Origin: Nitrosopumilales archaeon
GTDB lineage: Archaea; Thermoproteota; Nitrososphaeria; Nitrososphaerales; Nitrososphaeraceae
Assembly: GCA_044507735.1 (NCBI GenBank)
Contig: JBIQJB010000039.1
Span: 1-11,397 of the forward strand
Direction: 5' to 3'
Length of the DNA: 11,397 nt
The position numbers and the translations under genes were made by a program. Positions 6,765 through 11,397 of the stretch are shown here, piece by piece (position 1 is the first letter of the stretch; each line of letters begins with the position of its first letter). The notes beneath the pieces are model-generated. The model saw only the letters and a program-made list of their open reading frames with translations. It was not told the origin of the DNA and ran no database searches.

Positions 6765-8569
6765 TACATTCAGGTGCGCCGTCGCCAACATCCTCATCTT
6801 CATCTATTGAAAAATATGCTCCTGCCATCCTGGGAAAATTTGGAGCAAGAGTAGTAGGGGCATCAGACGTAGCCAGGAAGAATGGTAATGAGGTTCACAT
6901 TAGGCTGAAAGACCCGTCAGGGATCCGCGACGTCTGCCTCTACATTTGCTCCAGCCTGCAGTTTAGACTTTCATGTATCGAATGCATAGATGATCGCAGG
7001 GAGAACGATCAGTTCCTCCTGCGCTACTTGTTTACGAAGGGAAAGGAAAACGTATTCCTTGTCGTAACTGCGCCCATACAGTCTTCCTCCTCTTCCTCGC
7101 CTTCTTCTCCAGTTACATGCTTTCCAAGCATCGCGCTAGAAATCCCTTCCGCCGCCCTGTACGAAAGAGAGATCAAAGACATGTTTGGGATTGTTCCGGC
7201 AGGAAATCCTGATACCCGGATGCTGGTGGCTCACGAATTTTGGCCAAGCGATCTACGCCCTCTGAGAAAAGAAGGTGTAGAGCTCAGGCCTGCGATTGTG
7301 AGAAATGATCGAGGCGTCACTGCTGCGGCCAGCGGTGCCAATGGCGGCAGCCATGATGATGGCGATGGCGACAACAACAACAACGACAATGACAGCAGCA
7401 TCCTCCACCGTGTTGGCGGAGAGGGCGTGCGCGAAATTCCGCTGGGTCCGGTGTATGCAAGCATCAACGAGCCGGCCCATTTCAGGATAAGCATACTTGG
7501 CGAGGAGATTGTCAACGTGGAAGCCAGACTATTCTACAGCCATAGGGGAATCGAAAAGCTTGCCGAGGGCAAGAGGTTTGAAGACGTCTTGTTGCTGTCC
7601 GAACGCATCGCCGGGGACGAATCGGTGGCAAACTCGCTGGCATTCTGCCAAGCCGTAGAGAAGATGGCCAAGATCACGATCCCTCAAAACGCAGCTCAAA
7701 CCCGGGTGGTGTGCGCTGAACTGGAGAGAATATACAATCACCTTGGAACCATCGCGGGGCTTTCATCAGATGTCGGATATGCCTATGGATCGGCGAGACT
7801 GAATATTCTGAAGGAGAGGATCATGCAGTTGAATGAGCGGATCTCTGGCAGCAGGATCCTGTTTGGCACAAACAGGGTTGGCGGTGTAAATGTGGATATC
7901 ACAGGGGATCAGACAAGGCGGCTCATTCTTGACACAACCGCTCAACTGGATGCGGATTTTGAAAAGCTGGCGGATCTGCTAAGGAAAAAGTCTTCATTCA
8001 TAGATAGGCTGAGGGGCACCGGGGCAATATCCAGAAAAGCGGCAGCAGATCTGGGCGCGGTGGGCGTGGCTGCAAGGGCGGCAGGGATTGACATCGATAC
8101 AAGACGTGACCAGCCCTATGCTGGATATTTCAAGTCGTACGTGCCAAGACAAGATCAACAAGAACAACAACGGCTGCAAGATGAGGAAATGAGCGATGCA
8201 CTGTCTAGGATGGAAATCAGAGTGCAGGAAATCAAGCAATCAATTGAAATCATCAAGCGAGCAGTAGACAATATCAACGAAGGTGACAGCACCCTCTTTT
8301 CAAATGATTATGATGACATCCACAACAGGATAGGGCCGTCCGACAGCGCCGTGGGGTGTGCCGAGTCGGCCAGAGGCCAAACAATTCACTGGGTATCGGT
8401 AGCAGAAAAGGAAGATGGCAACAGCAAGGTGATATCCCGGTACAAGATAAGGACTGCATCGTTTTGCAACTGGCCATTGATCGAACATGCAATACACGGG
8501 GACATCATACTTGATTTTCCCGTGATACTGCGAAGCTTTGACCTTTCAAGCGCGGGGAATGATCTATGA
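6761..8569 (+). CDS. hyfG: HyfG/HycE-like large subunit (NuoC+NuoD-like fusion) lacking Ni-binding cysteines, i.e. Ehr large subunit
   Basis: The NuoC-like part has FPSIALEIPSAALYEREIKDMFGIVPAGNPDTRML and WPSDLRPLRK. The NuoD-like part has GPVYASINEPAHFR, YSHRGIEKLAEG, ELERIYNHL, ESARG and RYKIRTASFCNW. The L1 site reads ERIAGDESVAN and the L2 site reads DFPVILRSFDLSSAGNDL*, with no CxxC in either. The start is moved from 6722 to 6761 on SD evidence (602 aa). Confidence 0.92.
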   Translation: MIHSGAPSPTSSSSSIEKYAPAILGKFGARVVGASDVARKNGNEVHIRLKDPSGIRDVCLYICSSLQFRLSCIECIDDRRENDQFLLRYLFTKGKENVFLVVTAPIQSSSSSSPSSPVTCFPSIALEIPSAALYEREIKDMFGIVPAGNPDTRMLVAHEFWPSDLRPLRKEGVELRPAIVRNDRGVTAAASGANGGSHDDGDGDNNNNDNDSSILHRVGGEGVREIPLGPVYASINEPAHFRISILGEEIVNVEARLFYSHRGIEKLAEGKRFEDVLLLSERIAGDESVANSLAFCQAVEKMAKITIPQNAAQTRVVCAELERIYNHLGTIAGLSSDVGYAYGSARLNILKERIMQLNERISGSRILFGTNRVGGVNVDITGDQTRRLILDTTAQLDADFEKLADLLRKKSSFIDRLRGTGAISRKAAADLGAVGVAARAAGIDIDTRRDQPYAGYFKSYVPRQDQQEQQRLQDEEMSDALSRMEIRVQEIKQSIEIIKRAVDNINEGDSTLFSNDYDDIHNRIGPSDSAVGCAESARGQTIHWVSVAEKEDGNSKVISRYKIRTASFCNWPLIEHAIHGDIILDFPVILRSFDLSSAGNDL

Positions 8570-9519
8570 AGAAAGAAGAGAATCATGAGAATGGCAAGGG
8601 GTCTCTAAAGAAGTACAATAATCGTCATGACGGTGGCAGCGAGAACAATGACATCCTTGCATCGCTATTGCACCGGATAAAATCAGGTCATCATGGTGAA
8701 GACGATGCCTCGAACATACTGGATAATAGAATTGAGACCATAAGGGAGCCACTTACAGATCTAAAACACATCTCGAAAGAATACAGAGGCAGGGTGACTT
8801 TTATCAAGCAACCCGCAGTCGAAAGTGGCGACATGGTTGAAAGGCTGCAAGATGTCTGCCCCACCAAGGCATTTGATGTTGAAGAGATGAGGCATCATCC
8901 CGATGCAATTGGTATTGACCATGGCAAATGCATCTTGTGCGGTAGATGCAGCATCGCAAGCCCAGATATCGTCAAAATGGAAAATCTATTTGTCCGTTCG
9001 GCGGGAAAAAAGAGCCAGCTAATAGAACCAGCAACGCAGATTGAGAATAGTGGCGATTATTCAGGACTCACAGAAGAAATAGGAAAAGAGCTTCAAGCCA
9101 AAATTCGCAGCCTGTTTGGGCGTTCGCTGGCTATTAGAACAGTAAACGCAGGGTCATGCAATGGCTGCGAGATCGAGGTTAACGCCCTGCTGAACCCGAT
9201 ATATGATATAGAGAGGTTTGGCATTCATTTTGTTGCGTCTCCGCGTCATGCTGATGTCTTGCTTGTGACCGGGCCGGTAACAAGCAATATGGAAGAGGCA
9301 TTAAGGCTCACGTACGATGCAATACCTGGCCCAAAGGCTGTTATTGCAGTAGGAGCATGCGGATGCAGCGGCGGCATTTTTGCAGGCAGTTATTCAGTAA
9401 TTGGAGGCGTGGACAAGATAATCCCTGTAGATGTCTACATTCCGGGATGCCCACCGCGTCCACAGGCACTGCTCGAAGGGATTCTCCGGGCAATAAACAA
9501 GCTTGCAGTTGCAGTGTAG
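8566..9519 (+). CDS. hyfI: Fused ferredoxin-like (HyfH/NuoI-like) + HyfI/NuoB-like Fe-S small subunit (Ehr small subunit)
   Basis: 317 aa with an ATGA overlap with hyfG. Ferredoxin part: VCPTKAF...CILCGRCSIASP. NuoB-like part: AGSCNGCEIE, ERFGIHFVASPRHADVLLVTGPVT, AVGACGCSGG and DVYIPGCPPRP. Confidence 0.93.
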   Translation: MKKEENHENGKGSLKKYNNRHDGGSENNDILASLLHRIKSGHHGEDDASNILDNRIETIREPLTDLKHISKEYRGRVTFIKQPAVESGDMVERLQDVCPTKAFDVEEMRHHPDAIGIDHGKCILCGRCSIASPDIVKMENLFVRSAGKKSQLIEPATQIENSGDYSGLTEEIGKELQAKIRSLFGRSLAIRTVNAGSCNGCEIEVNALLNPIYDIERFGIHFVASPRHADVLLVTGPVTSNMEEALRLTYDAIPGPKAVIAVGACGCSGGIFAGSYSVIGGVDKIIPVDVYIPGCPPRPQALLEGILRAINKLAVAV

Positions 9520-9678
9520 GCATGTGAACGACTTGCAAAGATTATCCTGACACTTCTTCTAGATCATGAATTGCCATTATCAAGAATCTGAAACGGGAAA
9601 ATGATGTCACTATCGATGCCCCTCTTGTACCAAGAAGAGAATATTAGCAACCGAATCTTCCATTAAACGTCTCGCAGC

Positions 9679-11397
9679 GTGAAAGCATACCTTCTTGACC
9701 TCAAGACCGTTTCCATTATCATAGTGATTGCAATAATTGCGATCTCGTATGGCCTGTTCTTTTACTTCCAGAACGTTACCGAAAACCAGATCAAGAGTAG
9801 CCTGTTCGTGCAGCAGGAGCTGAGACAGGAGGCAAACACAAAGGCACTAGCCAACCACATCGAATCTGACCTCTCTCTGCTCATGGCAAACCTCAGAGTA
9901 CTTGCCAGCTCGCCAGATTTTCAAAGTACGGACAGATCGAATCTTACGGAAAATAGGGCCTTGATGCAGGCTGTGTTGGATCAGATAAATACTGATTCGC
10001 AGGGAAACCATGCCCTCCTTATACAAAGGCTTCTTCTTATGGACAGAAATGGGATGGTAATTGCAGATGTACGTGAAGCCGGCGTTGACGAGAATTTCGA
10101 GGGATTGGACGCATCTTCAATGCAATATTTCCAAGATGTCAGTTCAACTCTAAAGCCGTCTTTCTCGAAGGGTTTTGTCGGACTGGATGAAGATTTGAAG
10201 ATTGCTGCCTCGTACCCAATTCTCGACGAGAACGGCGAGCTCCTCGGGGCCATTTCTGCGATTGCACTGTCCTCAACATTCTTTCAGCATTATGGAAATA
10301 TCTATGACATTGAATCGCAGTACCTGTCGGTTCTGGACAGAGATTCTTTGCATCTGGTCCATCCCCTGCAATCCCTGGTCGGCACGCGGTTTTTTGGAGA
10401 ATTTGCCCAAGATACGACAGCCAGGACTGAGGTGCTCAACAACCTCGTAGCCGACGTCATGCAGGGCCGGCCTGGCCAGGCTGTGTACGAGTTTAGGGGT
10501 TCAGAGCGCCTGACCATGGGCCATCCGATCTATCTTGAGGGGCAGCCAACATACTTTGTATTTGTCATAACGCCCACGTCTGCAGTATATGCCAATGTCG
10601 ACGTGGCGCTATCCTCACAGAGAATCGAAACATTCTCGCTGCTTGCAGGCACGACTGCAACCATTTTCATCCTCATAATATTCCTTGCACTGTGGAACAG
10701 CAACCTTCGAAGGGCGGTAAAGGCAAAGACCGAGCAGCTGGTGGAAGCCAACGAGCAGCTGTCGATCGCAAACAAACAGCTGACCGAAAATTACGAAAAG
10801 CTGCATGCAAGCGAAAGGATGCAAAAGGAATTCATCAACATCGCCGCGCACGAATTGCGGACGCCGGTGCAGCCCATAATTGGCCTAAGCGACGTGCTCC
10901 TTGGCGAGCAGCATTCCTTTGATCCGGAGACGCGCCAACTGCTGCAGGCCATACACAGAAACGCCCTAAGGCTGTACCGCCTCTCTTCCGACATCCTCGA
11001 TGTGACCCGGATAGACAGCGGTTCTTTGCAGCTTGCCAAGAAACAGGTGGATGTTATGGAAATTCTAAAGCAGACGGTCAAGACGGCGGAGACCCTGATA
11101 ACGGGCGACAAGAGAATAAAGCTTGTGCTGGCTGCGCCGCAAGCCGAAAATCTGCGAGTCCTGGCCGACAACGAGAGGATTCACCAGGTGCTGCTCAACC
11201 TCCTGAGCAATGCCATCAAGTTTACAGAAAGGGGTACTATCACGGTTGCATGCGAAAAGAAAGGCAGCGATGTTGTGATAAGAGTTACAGACAGCGGCAC
11301 AGGAATCGACCCGGAGATAATGTCCCGGCTGTTCACAAAATTTGCAACCAAGTCTTACCACGGGACGGGCCTTGGGCTTTACATCTCAAAGAGCATT
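9679..11397 (+). CDS. Membrane-bound sensor histidine kinase (TM - Cache-like extracytoplasmic domain - TM - coiled coil - HisKA - HATPase_c), 3' truncated
   Basis: Manual translation: GTG at 9679 follows an in-frame TAA (9664-9666) and the frame is open to the window end. TM1 is VSIIIVIAIIAISYGLFFYF and TM2 is FSLLAGTTATIFILIIFLALW. Boxes are H EFINIAAHELRTPVQPI (His codon 10849), N QVLLNLLSNAIKFT, G1 VTDSGTGID, F LFTKFATKS and G2 GTGLGLYISKSI. Missing from the ORF track. Confidence 0.95.
   Translation, partial: MKAYLLDLKTVSIIIVIAIIAISYGLFFYFQNVTENQIKSSLFVQQELRQEANTKALANHIESDLSLLMANLRVLASSPDFQSTDRSNLTENRALMQAVLDQINTDSQGNHALLIQRLLLMDRNGMVIADVREAGVDENFEGLDASSMQYFQDVSSTLKPSFSKGFVGLDEDLKIAASYPILDENGELLGAISAIALSSTFFQHYGNIYDIESQYLSVLDRDSLHLVHPLQSLVGTRFFGEFAQDTTARTEVLNNLVADVMQGRPGQAVYEFRGSERLTMGHPIYLEGQPTYFVFVITPTSAVYANVDVALSSQRIETFSLLAGTTATIFILIIFLALWNSNLRRAVKAKTEQLVEANEQLSIANKQLTENYEKLHASERMQKEFINIAAHELRTPVQPIIGLSDVLLGEQHSFDPETRQLLQAIHRNALRLYRLSSDILDVTRIDSGSLQLAKKQVDVMEILKQTVKTAETLITGDKRIKLVLAAPQAENLRVLADNERIHQVLLNLLSNAIKFTERGTITVACEKKGSDVVIRVTDSGTGIDPEIMSRLFTKFATKSYHGTGLGLYISKSI
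10729..10812 (+). repeat. Imperfect 21-bp tandem repeat (about 4 units) encoding coiled-coil heptads in the kinase linker
   Basis: TEQLVEA-NEQLSIA-NKQLTEN-YEKLHAS. Leu CTG codons are at 10738, 10759, 10780 and 10801, and CAGCTG is at 10735, 10756 and 10777. Confidence 0.7.

Noticed and set aside
6761-8569. Annotation as a functional [NiFe] hydrogenase or formate hydrogenlyase large subunit
   Set aside because: Both CxxC motifs and the cleavable C-terminal tail are absent, and no maturation or formate dehydrogenase genes are in the window.
1088-9519. Annotation as complex I (nuo) or an Mrp antiporter operon
   Set aside because: Gene order and motifs are Hyf/Ehr-type. There are no NuoA/J or MrpE/F/G genes, and the small subunit has CxxC rather than the tandem CC of NuoB.
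1135-9538. Numerous antisense or alternative-frame ORFs within the operon (e.g. 2377-2940, 3614-4237, 6377-6769)
   Set aside because: They overlap strongly supported genes and are the expected shadow ORFs of hydrophobic-protein codons.
9601-9666. In-frame upstream ATGs as the kinase start, or a nonsense-mutated kinase
   Set aside because: TAA at 9664-9666 closes this 21-codon frame. GTG 9679 already gives a normal short N-terminus before TM1.
9981-11361. ORF-track calls in the 3' region (e.g. 10791-11171, 11065-11361)
   Set aside because: All overlap the long plus-strand histidine kinase frame, which has complete H/N/G1/F/G2 boxes.
1-11397. CRISPR array, tRNA/rRNA, IS element or selenocysteine recoding of the missing Cys ligands
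   Set aside because: No regularly spaced repeats, RNA-gene signatures, transposase or terminal inverted repeats were seen. There is no in-frame TGA at the ligand positions.

Overview
This window is archaeal-looking DNA, most consistent with Nitrososphaeraceae (soil ammonia-oxidising Thaumarchaeota). That assignment is inferred from TATA/BRE-like promoters, the kinase H-box style and low-complexity inserts, not from a search. The core (1088-9519, +) is a tightly coupled six-gene hyfB-hyfC-hyfE-hyfF-hyfG-hyf(H)I-like operon. It has two antiporter-like subunits, a NuoH-like subunit, a HyfE subunit, a NuoC/NuoD-like large subunit and a ferredoxin-NuoB fusion. The large subunit lacks all four Ni-binding cysteines, so this is not a [NiFe] hydrogenase but an energy-converting hydrogenase-related (Ehr-type) ion-translocating complex of unknown substrate. 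It also appears to differ from the recalled Ehr consensus at several cavity motifs. A possible 39-codon ORF bridges hyfF and hyfG with a TTGA stop/start overlap. Divergently upstream are two small hypothetical genes: a Cys/His protein and a glutaredoxin-like-fold protein truncated by the window edge. Downstream is a membrane-bound Cache-type sensor histidine kinase that runs off the window and is missing from the supplied ORF track. No RNA genes, CRISPR arrays or mobile elements were seen.
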